The translations under genes were made by a program, and so were the position numbers. Below the pieces are notes generated by a model, which was given only the letters and a program-made list of their open reading frames with translations, had not been told where the DNA came from and made no database searches. DNA of 64,000 bases from a bacterium (GTDB taxonomy: Bacteria; Electryoneota; JAOADG01), in NCBI GenBank assembly GCA_963681965.1, contig OY820579.1, forward strand, positions 192,001 through 256,000, in the 5' to 3' direction. Shown here one piece after another: positions 9,696-21,794 of the stretch (the stretch's first letter is position 1; every line of letters begins with the position of its first letter).

Positions 9696-11942
9696 ATGTC
9701 CGGATTTGTGAAAGTTTTCATTGTTTTTTTCCTAGTCACTTTAGCGCTCACGTCAGCGTTTGGCTATACCCGAACCGTGCTGCTGGAAGGGTTTACCAGT
9801 AACACCAGCCCCGAATGCGCAACGATGCATCGCTGGATGGACCCGTCACTGGTTCGACAGGGTACCACAACGATTGCTCCGGTTTTTTATCACATGTATT
9901 GGCCGCGTCCGACCGCCGATAAGTGGTATGAAGCCGATTCCGTCGAACTACTCGATCGGAAGGAAGCATTCGAAATCACAACTTTGCCGAATATTTATAT
10001 CGACGGCGCATATTTCGCAGTCACGCCAACCACAGTGGACTCGGTTCGATTGCGAACTACAATTAATACCCGCAGATCGATTAATTCGCGCGTCTGGTTG
10101 AAAGTATTACCGAGTGTCACTGCCAACGGCGACACGGTTCTCGTTACCGTCAAAGCAGTCACCGACAGCGCATTCAATGGTGTTACCAGCTTCACCAAAT
10201 TGCGCATCGCGCTGGTTCAACCATACGAAAATTGGCCGTTGCCACGCGCCGGAACCAATGGGCAACAGGTTTTTTATTACCCACTGCTCAGTTTTTCCAA
10301 TGGAACGCAAGGTGGTCCCATCGGTCAGACGTTTACCGCTTCCGGTCGCACAGCTGATACGCTGACGTTTAATGCCCGATTCAAGATTCGTCATGCCGGC
10401 ACGGCACCATTCAGTGCGCTGAATTCATCCGTTGTTGCATGGGTTCAGAAGGATTCGGGCAATTACAAACCGCGCGGTGTATACCAGACCGCGTATCGGC
10501 GGGTCACGTATTTCTCTTCACCCCTTGCCACCGATGTCTTTACGATCGGCGATAGCGCTACCGCCACATGGGATACTACGGTGTTCCGGGGCAATGCTAC
10601 GTTACTCTTAAATCGCAATTATCCGACGGGAACATGGGATACCGTGCGAACCGATTTCCCCAATACCGGTCGAGTGCGGTGGTTGGTAGCCGGTCCGGCA
10701 ACGACAGCGGCACGGCTGAAGATTACGAACGGCACCGATTACGATATCTCTCCGGATCAATTTACCATCACTGGATTTACCACAATCACGCTCGAACCAA
10801 ATACGGTGGCACATTCGATCGATACAACTTCGACTTGGTCGACAAATATCACTGTGCGCAATACTGGATCGGTTCCCTACTTTTCGTCAATTGAGACGAA
10901 TTTAGGTGCGAATTTCTTCCGGGCAGATACTCAAGCCGGTCAGTGGTTTGTCGCCGATACCGGAATGACAATTCCGGGTTCAACCGGCGATAACGTGAAT
11001 TTCGGACCGTTCCCATTGAGTTTCTCGTTCCCCTTCTTCGGGAATTATTACGATCAAGTGACGATGAATACCAATGGCTTCCTGTCATTCAACACGGTTG
11101 TCGCATCGATTTCCGGTAGTCATTCTACCTTGCCATCACCGCTGGCGCCAACGATTATCGCGCCATTCTGGGACGACCTCATCATCGCCAACAATCGCGG
11201 GCGCATGTATTACATGATGGACGATATCAATGGAGTCGTGGCATTCGCTTGGGACAGTGTATCGCGGGTTGGCGATCCTTCTACGAGAGTATCATTCGAA
11301 GCGATTCTGCATATTGACGGCACGATCGAATTTATCTATGGACCGATGTCGGGTACGTTGAATCATGCCACGATCGGTGTACAGTCTTCGCTGACAGAAG
11401 CAACGTTGCTGGCATACAATACGCCAGTCACTCCCAACACCAACATATTTTTGAGTCCACGCTACCGCTGGGGTACGTTCCCGACCGATCGCATCATCTT
11501 GCAGCCGGGCACATCGCAGGTTGTGGAATTGGGGTTATCTTCGCTGACGATCAAACGGGATTCGATTTTAACCGGTAATGTCCGGTTCGGCGGCAATCTG
11601 TCGACAACGGCAGTACTGCCGGTCAACATGCATGTGGTGATGGATGTGCCGGAACAACAGCGTGTCACATTACCGCAATCGATTACGTTGAGTGCGCCGT
11701 ATCCGAATCCATTCAATCCGACCACGACGATCCAATTTTCGCTGCCGACAGCGTTGCCGGTGACGATGCAGTTGTATGATGTCACAGGTCGACAAGTCGC
11801 ATCGATTTTCAGTGGAAAGATGAGTGCCGGATTGCATACACAAGTAATCAACGGCGATCGACTCGCGACCGGAACGTATTTCCTGAAATTCAGTGCCGGT
11901 GAAAAATTCTCGACTGTGCGGAAAATCGTGTTGCTGAAATAG
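9696..11942 (+). CDS. Secreted protein: Omp28/thioredoxin-like N-domain, NIDO-like domain, C-terminal secretion domain
   Basis: Signal peptide; VLLEGFTSNTSPEC...YHMYWP; FSFPFFG...NTNGFLSF...IAPFWDDL; C-terminus YPNPFNPTTTI...GTYFL...KIVLLK. Confidence 0.8.
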   Translation: MSGFVKVFIVFFLVTLALTSAFGYTRTVLLEGFTSNTSPECATMHRWMDPSLVRQGTTTIAPVFYHMYWPRPTADKWYEADSVELLDRKEAFEITTLPNIYIDGAYFAVTPTTVDSVRLRTTINTRRSINSRVWLKVLPSVTANGDTVLVTVKAVTDSAFNGVTSFTKLRIALVQPYENWPLPRAGTNGQQVFYYPLLSFSNGTQGGPIGQTFTASGRTADTLTFNARFKIRHAGTAPFSALNSSVVAWVQKDSGNYKPRGVYQTAYRRVTYFSSPLATDVFTIGDSATATWDTTVFRGNATLLLNRNYPTGTWDTVRTDFPNTGRVRWLVAGPATTAARLKITNGTDYDISPDQFTITGFTTITLEPNTVAHSIDTTSTWSTNITVRNTGSVPYFSSIETNLGANFFRADTQAGQWFVADTGMTIPGSTGDNVNFGPFPLSFSFPFFGNYYDQVTMNTNGFLSFNTVVASISGSHSTLPSPLAPTIIAPFWDDLIIANNRGRMYYMMDDINGVVAFAWDSVSRVGDPSTRVSFEAILHIDGTIEFIYGPMSGTLNHATIGVQSSLTEATLLAYNTPVTPNTNIFLSPRYRWGTFPTDRIILQPGTSQVVELGLSSLTIKRDSILTGNVRFGGNLSTTAVLPVNMHVVMDVPEQQRVTLPQSITLSAPYPNPFNPTTTIQFSLPTALPVTMQLYDVTGRQVASIFSGKMSAGLHTQVINGDRLATGTYFLKFSAGEKFSTVRKIVLLK

Positions 11943-11979
11943 GCTTCTGCTAATTTCGGTCGATGGTTTGATACATGTG

Positions 11980-12006
11980 ACGGGCAATCTTCGGATTGCC
12001 CGTTTT
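11980..12006 (+). terminator. Intrinsic terminator with UUCG loop
   Basis: ACGGGCAATC-TTCG-GATTGCCCGT followed by a T run. Confidence 0.85.
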
Positions 12007-12019
12007 GTATCTTCATCTT

Positions 12020-12375
12020 GTAGTTCTGTCCAACTCCGATTGGGCACATCCCTTCTTTTCCGTAGGTCAGAACTTGTTCTGACCACCGCTTGTATCTTGA
12101 TTCCTGTATCCTGATTTGTCGTTGCGAAGCCGCCATCGGCGGCTGTGGCAATCTGTTTTTTCCCGTAGGGGCGAACCGCTCTGCGCTCGCCGAAGGCAAT
12201 CTATCTTTTGGTAGCGGCGGACTTCAGTCCGCAATTCCCGTAAATCGAGTTTAAAAAATCAATACGCGGACTAAAGTCCGCCGCTACCAAAAAGACGGGT
12301 GTTAGGAGGTAGGTGTTGGGAATTGGGAACGGAAAAAAGATACAGGAACGGGCGGGCGTGGGAGCCCGCCCCTAC
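12020..12375. repeat. Cluster of different REP-like palindromes (left flank)
   Basis: GTAG-headed hairpins at 12020, 12062, 12165 and 12211, the last with an inverted partner ending 12287. Reverse copy ...CCCTAC ends at 12375. A TGTCGTTGCGA...GCAATCT element starts at 12117. Confidence 0.85.
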
Positions 12376-12388
12376 TTCACAATATGAA

Positions 12389-15202
12389 TTACTTTAATAG
12401 AACAATCTTCTGGGTCTTCGAAAACGCTCCCGCCTGCATTCGCACAAAATACGTCCCACTCGCTAATCGCGAACCATCGATCTGCAATCGATATGTACCT
12501 GCAGTCTGATTCCGTTGCACAAGTGAACTGATTTCGCGTCCGGTAAGATCGAACAACTTTAGTTCGACAAAACCGGATTTCGGGAGGGAATAGGAAAGGG
12601 TGGTGGTGGCGTTGAAGGGATTGGGGTAATTCTGCGCTAACGCGAAATCGGATGGTTGTATGAATCGTTCCGGTGTACTGGCTGATGAGTCAGGAATAAG
12701 TGTCAAACGCGCGATGAAGCCATCAGTACCACCATTGTAACTCGTGTCACCGACCTCCGGTGTCGTTGGAAAACCAGGTCCACAAATACCAGTAAAAATA
12801 ATTTCATCAGAATGGTGCCTTATACTAGCAAAACCTCCAGTAGTGCCTGTCCCACCAAAATATGTACTATATATCAATTGAGATGTGTTGATTTTGAATT
12901 TAGCAATAAAACAATTGACATTTCCATTCAGATGATGTGAATAAGCCCCAATTGTTGTTGGGAAATTCGAACTATAAGTTGCACCTACAACTATAACGCT
13001 AGTATCGCTATAATACAGGATGCTTCTACCTATATCTTCACCAGAACCACCGAGATAAGTGCTGTATAAAAGATTCGATCCAGTACTGTCGAGGTAGGAG
13101 ATAAAACAATCACCGAGAACAGTGCCACCACCATTATATGCTGTGTTATACGCACCTGCAGTAACAGGAAAATTCAGACTTGTTGTATTACCAGTGATAA
13201 CACAGTTACCATTTTCATCACTCACGATTGAGCCAGCGATTTCTTGGTTACCGGAACCACCGAGATAAGTACTGTACAGCAACTGCGAGCCGGTCGAATT
13301 CAAGCGTAGTACAAATGCATCCAAATCACTGCCATTAAAAGTCGTATCGAACGCATTGGGGGTTGTATATAGTCCTGAGATCGCACTTCCTGTTGCAAGT
13401 ATTCCACCTGACCCATCTGATGTAATCGACCATAATTCTGGACCGCGCCCGAGAAAGGTGCTATAGATCAGACCAGAACCGGTATTGTTTAAATGAGCGA
13501 CAAATCCACCAGAATTGGTCGTGTTGTATGCGCCTTCAGTGGTCGGAAAATTGTCGCTCCAAGATTTTCCACCGATAAAAACACCACCACTATCATCATT
13601 GATAATCGAATGACCTCGATCCCAAGATGAACCGCCCAGATAAGTACTATATATCAATCTCGAGCCAGAGCTATTTAATCGAGCTACAAAACAATCCCAC
13701 TCTGAGCCATTGAATATTCTGTCAAATGAACCACTAGTGGTCGGAAACAGAGTATCGGCATACCCGGTGATCGTGCAATTACCCAAAGAATCACTGACAA
13801 TACTTTCCGCGCGATCGTCACCCGGTCCACCGAGAAAAGTACTGTAGATCAGTCGTGAAAAAGTACTGTCCACTCTTGTGACGAAACAGTCGCCAGTACC
13901 AACCGATGCACCATTGTAGCTAACATCGATAGCTCCAGCTGTGACTGGAAAATCGAAACTGTTTGTGCAACCACAAACGATGACTCCCCCACTTCCGTCA
14001 TCGACGATGCCATCGCCGTAATCGTTTCCACCACCCCCCAAATATGTCGAATACACCAGCGGATCGATTCGTAGTGTTTGCGAGGGATCGTACCCGTTCG
14101 GCATATCGATTGCGAAGACATACCCCGCCTCGAGTTTGAATTGTGCTGCGACATCGGTTCCGCGGGTGCCATTCGTGCTGGTTTGGTATGATCCCGGAAT
14201 TTTCATTCGCAATTCACCGAGGGAGATGGGAAGCGACAGTTCATTCGATAAGTGGAGGTCGGACACTCCTGTCCGACTCCCTTTTGTGACAGAAATATCT
14301 GAGTCGACGGACAAGAGTGTCCGTCCTCCGCCTGCGATTGGCGCCTCCAACCCTTCGCATACCATCTTGATTTGCTTGGGGTCGGCACCGGGATGTACTA
14401 CGAAATCGAATTCGAGATGACCTTTGCTCTCATACCATTCGACATCGATGCCATCCCAGACATCATGATATACCACGCGTGTAAAATTGCGGCAATCTGG
14501 TGCCCATTTTGTCGAATCATTTCCGAGGAAATAATTGTTGTGCCATGATAATTCCCCTTGTGCATCAATCCATTTCGCTTTTGCTGTGGTGGCGCAGGCC
14601 TCCGAGCCTGCGTCTGGTATCTTGATTTGTCTTTGCGAGGAATGAAACGTAGGAACGTGCGAAGCAATCCCGAAGGGCTCACCGAAGGTAATCTCCTCCT
14701 GTATCATTGAATCTTTAAAAGAGTAGATTGCTTCGTCACTTCGCTGCGGCTTTCCGCCTACGGCGGACGATCCTTCGCTGCGTTCCTCGCAACGACAAGA
14801 AGCGACAAATTTGAATTTGAGGGCGTGGGATTTTAATCGGGGATATTGGATACGACCATTGGGATCGAATCGTGCATCATTAACGGACACGGGCGGTTCG
14901 CGAACCCCCAGCGGGGGCGGCGTTGCCCCTACCAAAGATGATGTATCGATGACACTCGTGACGAGTGTGACTCCATCGCGCTCAAGGAACCACGTAAACC
15001 CATCGTGCCGCACTTCACACTTGTACACGACTGCCGAATCCCACTGCCCCTTGTTCTCGGTAAACTGAAAGGGGTGTGGCAACCGCGTCGATTGTACCGA
15101 GACAGCATGAGAAAGTTGCGGAAGAAGAATTGTGAATACGAAAACAAGAGTCGTCGCGAAAGCGAGCGGGTGTTGGTGTAGAGTACGATAGCGGAAAGTC
15201 AT
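12389..15202 (-). CDS. Secreted SBBP-repeat beta-propeller protein with C-terminal secretion domain and in-frame REP insertions
   Basis: FTENKGQW, NYFLGND..KW, LEFDFVVHPGADP and IDPLVYSTYLGG, with further YST[YF][LF]G repeats. C-terminus QNYPNPFN...KIVLLK. ATG 15202 has GGAG upstream. Confidence 0.9.
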   Translation of the reverse strand: MTFRYRTLHQHPLAFATTLVFVFTILLPQLSHAVSVQSTRLPHPFQFTENKGQWDSAVVYKCEVRHDGFTWFLERDGVTLVTSVIDTSSLVGATPPPLGVREPPVSVNDARFDPNGRIQYPRLKSHALKFKFVASCRCEERSEGSSAVGGKPQRSDEAIYSFKDSMIQEEITFGEPFGIASHVPTFHSSQRQIKIPDAGSEACATTAKAKWIDAQGELSWHNNYFLGNDSTKWAPDCRNFTRVVYHDVWDGIDVEWYESKGHLEFDFVVHPGADPKQIKMVCEGLEAPIAGGGRTLLSVDSDISVTKGSRTGVSDLHLSNELSLPISLGELRMKIPGSYQTSTNGTRGTDVAAQFKLEAGYVFAIDMPNGYDPSQTLRIDPLVYSTYLGGGGNDYGDGIVDDGSGGVIVCGCTNSFDFPVTAGAIDVSYNGASVGTGDCFVTRVDSTFSRLIYSTFLGGPGDDRAESIVSDSLGNCTITGYADTLFPTTSGSFDRIFNGSEWDCFVARLNSSGSRLIYSTYLGGSSWDRGHSIINDDSGGVFIGGKSWSDNFPTTEGAYNTTNSGGFVAHLNNTGSGLIYSTFLGRGPELWSITSDGSGGILATGSAISGLYTTPNAFDTTFNGSDLDAFVLRLNSTGSQLLYSTYLGGSGNQEIAGSIVSDENGNCVITGNTTSLNFPVTAGAYNTAYNGGGTVLGDCFISYLDSTGSNLLYSTYLGGSGEDIGRSILYYSDTSVIVVGATYSSNFPTTIGAYSHHLNGNVNCFIAKFKINTSQLIYSTYFGGTGTTGGFASIRHHSDEIIFTGICGPGFPTTPEVGDTSYNGGTDGFIARLTLIPDSSASTPERFIQPSDFALAQNYPNPFNATTTLSYSLPKSGFVELKLFDLTGREISSLVQRNQTAGTYRLQIDGSRLASGTYFVRMQAGAFSKTQKIVLLK
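14252..14331. repeat. GTGG-type inverted REP doublet inside the CDS
   Basis: GTGGAGGTCGGACACTCCTGTCCGAC ... GACGGACAAGAGTGTCCGTCCTCCGC. Confidence 0.8.
14586..14797. repeat. GTGG REP plus an inverted TGTC.TTGCGAGG...GAAGCAATC doublet inside the CDS
   Basis: 14587-14612 is the exact reverse complement of intergenic 15520-15545. 14628-14670 and 14725-14797 are inverted copies of the family also seen at 12117 and 15600. Confidence 0.85.
14891..14932. repeat. GTAG-type REP (interrupted GTAGGGGC...GGTTCGCGAACCGCCC) inside the CDS
   Basis: Minus strand reads GTAGGGGCAACGCCGCCCCCGCTGGGGGTTCGCGAACCGCCC, translated as VGATPPPLGVREPP. Confidence 0.75.
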
Positions 15203-15341
15203 GGCGGCTCCGGACGAATAAGTGGTATATCCATAATAATGCGGACGGAGAGTGTTTACAAGCAATTGATGAGTGAATGGAGAATTTGGATCCACAGAAT
15301 TTAGACTGCGTTATTTGTTTTCAATTTGAGACACAGGAGGT

Positions 15342-15765
15342 GGTCCGAACAAGTTCTGACCTACGTAAAGAAGAGGATCGCCGAAACGGAGTGCGGTAGT
15401 ACTGCCCAACTCCGATTGGGCATCTTTTTTTTTTCAGTATTTGTCTATTTAAAAAAGGATAGGATAAAAAAATCGAAAAAAAAGTGCCGATTCGGAGATC
15501 GGCAGTACTACAAGAAAATCGCAGGCTCGGAGGCCTGCGCCACCAACAGAATAGGTGTTGGGTGGTAAGGATTGGGGATTGGGAAAAGACGAAAAGAGTA
15601 GGTTGCTACGTCCGCCGCTTTGCGGCGTCCTCGCAACGACAGAATTAAAAAGCGGTGGGCGACCGCAGTGGGTCGCCTTTACTGGAAAAAGAGTTGACGG
15701 GAGGGCGTGGGAGCCAGCCCTTACTTGAGGAAAAAAATCGGGAGGGCTTACGAGCCCTCCCCTAC
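15342..15765. repeat. Cluster of different REP-like palindromes (right flank)
   Basis: Elements at 15342-15364, 15396-15422/15485-15511 (inverted doublet), 15520-15546, 15600-15641, 15657-15682, 15698-15724 and 15740-15765. Most end in CTAC or TTAC. Confidence 0.85.
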
Positions 15766-15789
15766 TATCGAATAATTACTGAACGCGCG

Positions 15790-18228
15790 CTACTGCTTTT
15801 TCGCAGCCGGTTTCTTCGTGGACTTGGCAGCACGTTTCAACGGCGATACGGCTTTCTTCGCAGTTGTTGACGTCTTCGTGGCAGGCTTCTTCGCTGCGGG
15901 TTTTGTTGTAGTCGATTTTACTGTTGACGATTTAGCCGCAGTCGACTTCTTTGCAGTCGCTTTCGGTTTCGCTTTGCTCGCCGCCGACTTGCGCGGAACA
16001 TATCCTTCCGGTTTCGGACGCGGTGTCACCGCTTTCCAGACACCATCCTTCCCCTTGCGGATATTGACAATGCCACTGCACTTCGGATAAGTCGAGCAGG
16101 AGAAAAACGGACCAAATCGCCCGATCCGCGCGACAACCGGTTGACCGCAAACCGGACAACCAGTGATACCGACTTGTTCCGCCGTAACATCTGGCGTCTT
16201 CTTGTCTTTTTGTCCGGCGACTTTCGCGACTTCACCCGGCAGACGGCGGATATTGTCGCACTTGGGATAATTCGAACAGCCGAGGAATGTTCCAAATTTA
16301 CCCTGCCGTACGACCATCGCACTACCGCACTTTTCGCACGGTTCGTTCAACAATTCCTCCGGAACTTCCACCGGTACCGCGTCTTTTCCGCTATTCAAAT
16401 TCGCGGAAACGTTGCAGACCGGACAACGGAGATACGCGCCAAATCTACCGATGCGGAGTTGCATCCCTTCGTGACCGTTGGTGCAAGTTTCCGTGGTCGG
16501 GAGAAATGCCGATTCGCGCAACTCTTTCAGTTGCTCTTTCGCCGTCTTGATTTTCGCATCGAGCGGGCGATACAATTCACCGATCACCGTGTGCCACTTG
16601 CCGTGACCTTCGGCGATTTCGTCGAGTTCCGCTTCCATTCTGGCAGTGAATTCGACATCGAACAGATCGGGAAATTCGGCAACCAACAATCGATTCACGA
16701 CGCGACCGAGCGGTGTTGGCTGGAGTTTCCGCTCCATGCGCTGAATGTATTCGCGATCGAAGAGTGTTTGAACGATCGAGGCATACGTCGAGGGACGACC
16801 GATCCCTTTTTCGTCGAGTTCCTTGACCAACGTCGCTTCGCTGAAGCGTGGCGGCGGTTCGGTGAAATGCTGCGATGCTTCGATCTTGAGCAGTGGCAGC
16901 ATAGCCTTCACTGCCAAGCCCTGCGGCAACAAGCCCCCTTCTTCCTCTTCGTCGTCGCGACCGTAAAGCTTCAAGAAGCCATCGAATAATAGACGTTGAC
17001 CATTGGCGCGGAAGATCGCACGTTCGCGCACTTGAATGTCGGCAGACTGACGTTCGAATCGTGCCGCTTCCATTTGCGATGCCATCGTGCGTCGCCAAAT
17101 AATATCGTACAGTTTTCCTTGTTCCGGCGAGAGATGGTGCCTGATATCATCGGGATGACGGGATGGATCGGTCGGACGAATCGCTTCGTGCGCGTCTTGA
17201 GCGGCTTCTTTGGCTTTGAAGACACGTGCGTTTTCGGGGAGATATTCGTCACCGAATATTTTTGAAATCTGTTTGCGAAGACCGTCGATTGCTTCATTCG
17301 CCAAGCGCACTGAATCGGTACGCATATAGGTGATGAGACCGACCGGGCCTTCACCGGGCAGTTCCACTCCTTCATACAATTGTTGCGCGATGGTCATCGT
17401 GCGACGAACCCCGAAACTCAATTTTGCGGATGCCGCTTGTTGGAGTGTCGAAGTGGTAAATGGTGGTGGTGGCGATTTTTTAACCGCTTTCGTTTCGAGC
17501 GAAAGCACTGTTCCGAGTTGACCTTCGCAGTAAGCGACAACTTCGCGTCCGACATCGCCGGGTAATTTATCGGCTTTTTCACCATCCCAATTGATCAATT
17601 TCGTTGGAACTTCACCGGCACCAACACCGAAGATCGCTTCTACCGACCAATACTCAAATGGAATGAATGCAAGAATTTCCGCTTCGCGTTCGCAGACGAG
17701 TCGCAACGCGACCGATTGCACGCGACCAGCGGAAATACCGGTCTTCACCGTTCGCCACAGCAATGGGCTGACCAGATAACCGACCAAACGATCGAGCACG
17801 CGCCGCGCTTGCTGCGCATCGACACGGTGCAAATCGACTTGTCGAGGGTGATGGATCGCATTGAGTACGGCGGATTTGGTGATTTCTTCAAATTCGACAC
17901 GCTCCAGCGATAGCGCATCTTTCCCGATCAACTCGGAAATATGCCACGCTATCGCTTCCCCTTCGCGGTCAGGGTCGGTAGCGAGCAATACTCTTCGACC
18001 GGAAGCTTTTTGTTTCAGCTCCTTGACGATTTTTTCCTTGCCGGGAATAATTCGATAGGTAGGTTGAAAATTTTTCTCGACGTCAACACCTAGTTCGGAT
18101 TCGGGTAGATCGCGGATATGACCTACCGAAGCAATTGTTTGATAATCACTGCCGAGATATTTGTTCAGAGCCTTGACTTTGGTCGGCGACTCAACGATTA
18201 CGATCGTGGTTTCTTTCTTACTGCTCAA
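15790..18228 (-). CDS. topA: DNA topoisomerase I with zinc ribbons and a Lys/Ala-rich tail
   Basis: IVESPTK, ATDPDREGEAI, SAGRVQS, LITYMRTDS, QDAHEAIRPT and GIGRPSTYA. The TTG start overlaps the upstream stop. Confidence 0.97.
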   Translation of the reverse strand: MSSKKETTIVIVESPTKVKALNKYLGSDYQTIASVGHIRDLPESELGVDVEKNFQPTYRIIPGKEKIVKELKQKASGRRVLLATDPDREGEAIAWHISELIGKDALSLERVEFEEITKSAVLNAIHHPRQVDLHRVDAQQARRVLDRLVGYLVSPLLWRTVKTGISAGRVQSVALRLVCEREAEILAFIPFEYWSVEAIFGVGAGEVPTKLINWDGEKADKLPGDVGREVVAYCEGQLGTVLSLETKAVKKSPPPPFTTSTLQQAASAKLSFGVRRTMTIAQQLYEGVELPGEGPVGLITYMRTDSVRLANEAIDGLRKQISKIFGDEYLPENARVFKAKEAAQDAHEAIRPTDPSRHPDDIRHHLSPEQGKLYDIIWRRTMASQMEAARFERQSADIQVRERAIFRANGQRLLFDGFLKLYGRDDEEEEGGLLPQGLAVKAMLPLLKIEASQHFTEPPPRFSEATLVKELDEKGIGRPSTYASIVQTLFDREYIQRMERKLQPTPLGRVVNRLLVAEFPDLFDVEFTARMEAELDEIAEGHGKWHTVIGELYRPLDAKIKTAKEQLKELRESAFLPTTETCTNGHEGMQLRIGRFGAYLRCPVCNVSANLNSGKDAVPVEVPEELLNEPCEKCGSAMVVRQGKFGTFLGCSNYPKCDNIRRLPGEVAKVAGQKDKKTPDVTAEQVGITGCPVCGQPVVARIGRFGPFFSCSTYPKCSGIVNIRKGKDGVWKAVTPRPKPEGYVPRKSAASKAKPKATAKKSTAAKSSTVKSTTTKPAAKKPATKTSTTAKKAVSPLKRAAKSTKKPAAKKQ

Positions 18229-18662
18229 CGGTTGCTCCCAGCCGGCGGTTTTTCGAATAAAATTTCTGTGACAATTTCAACGATCCGTTCGCGCGTAACC
18301 GGTCGTTCTTCTTCTCTTGCGGCGTAGACCAATGCATTGTCGACATCGAGTGCAGTGATAATACCAGTGCGTTGCATTTGCAACAAGATTTGTTCCGCTT
18401 CCGTCGACAACATCATCCGTTCGTGACGGGTCAATATCCGCCAAGTACCGGCACTCGGTTCACGAACGATGGCGTTGATATTCGCTCGTGCATTGGGTTC
18501 AAGTCGTCGTTGCAACAAATCGATTGCCGCAGCAATTTCTTGCGACGAAAACCCTTGACGGCTTAGTAATTCCGAAACAAGACTCAACTCTTCGACGGTA
18601 AAATTACTTCGCTGCAGCTCCGACAGTACAACCGCCAGCGCTTCCATAATATTGGTGTTCAT
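18225..18662 (-). CDS. DUF494 / Smg-like protein
   Basis: Directly upstream of topA. Motifs LSRQGFSSQEI and RILTRHERMML. Confidence 0.7.
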   Translation of the reverse strand: MNTNIMEALAVVLSELQRSNFTVEELSLVSELLSRQGFSSQEIAAAIDLLQRRLEPNARANINAIVREPSAGTWRILTRHERMMLSTEAEQILLQMQRTGIITALDVDNALVYAAREEERPVTRERIVEIVTEILFEKPPAGSNR

Positions 18663-18731
18663 TCGATTATTCCTCACCGATTATCGGATGCAATCCTGTT
18701 ACTCAAACCTATTCGATAACCGTTTTAAACT

Positions 18732-21794
<3,063 letters not shown>

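Noticed and set aside
9790-9820. Selenocysteine recoding in the Omp28-like redox motif
   Set aside because: The codon is AGC (Ser) and there is no in-frame TGA.
11462-12199. 245-aa minus-strand ORF
   Set aside because: It is antisense to the CTD plus read-through of REP DNA, with no protein-like features.
12020-15765. tRNA or autonomous IS in the hairpin cluster
   Set aside because: No cloverleaf or T-loop pattern, no transposase ORF and no clear target-site duplication.
15326-15870. Short ORFs (80 and 71 aa) sharing RWSEQVLTY or GSEACAT with other ORFs
   Set aside because: The shared peptides are translations of the REP elements, not a protein family.
16141-17375. Long antisense or alternate-frame ORFs within topA (and similar ones in secA, ppc and nrfA)
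   Set aside because: Typical shadows of conserved genes, with no motifs of their own.
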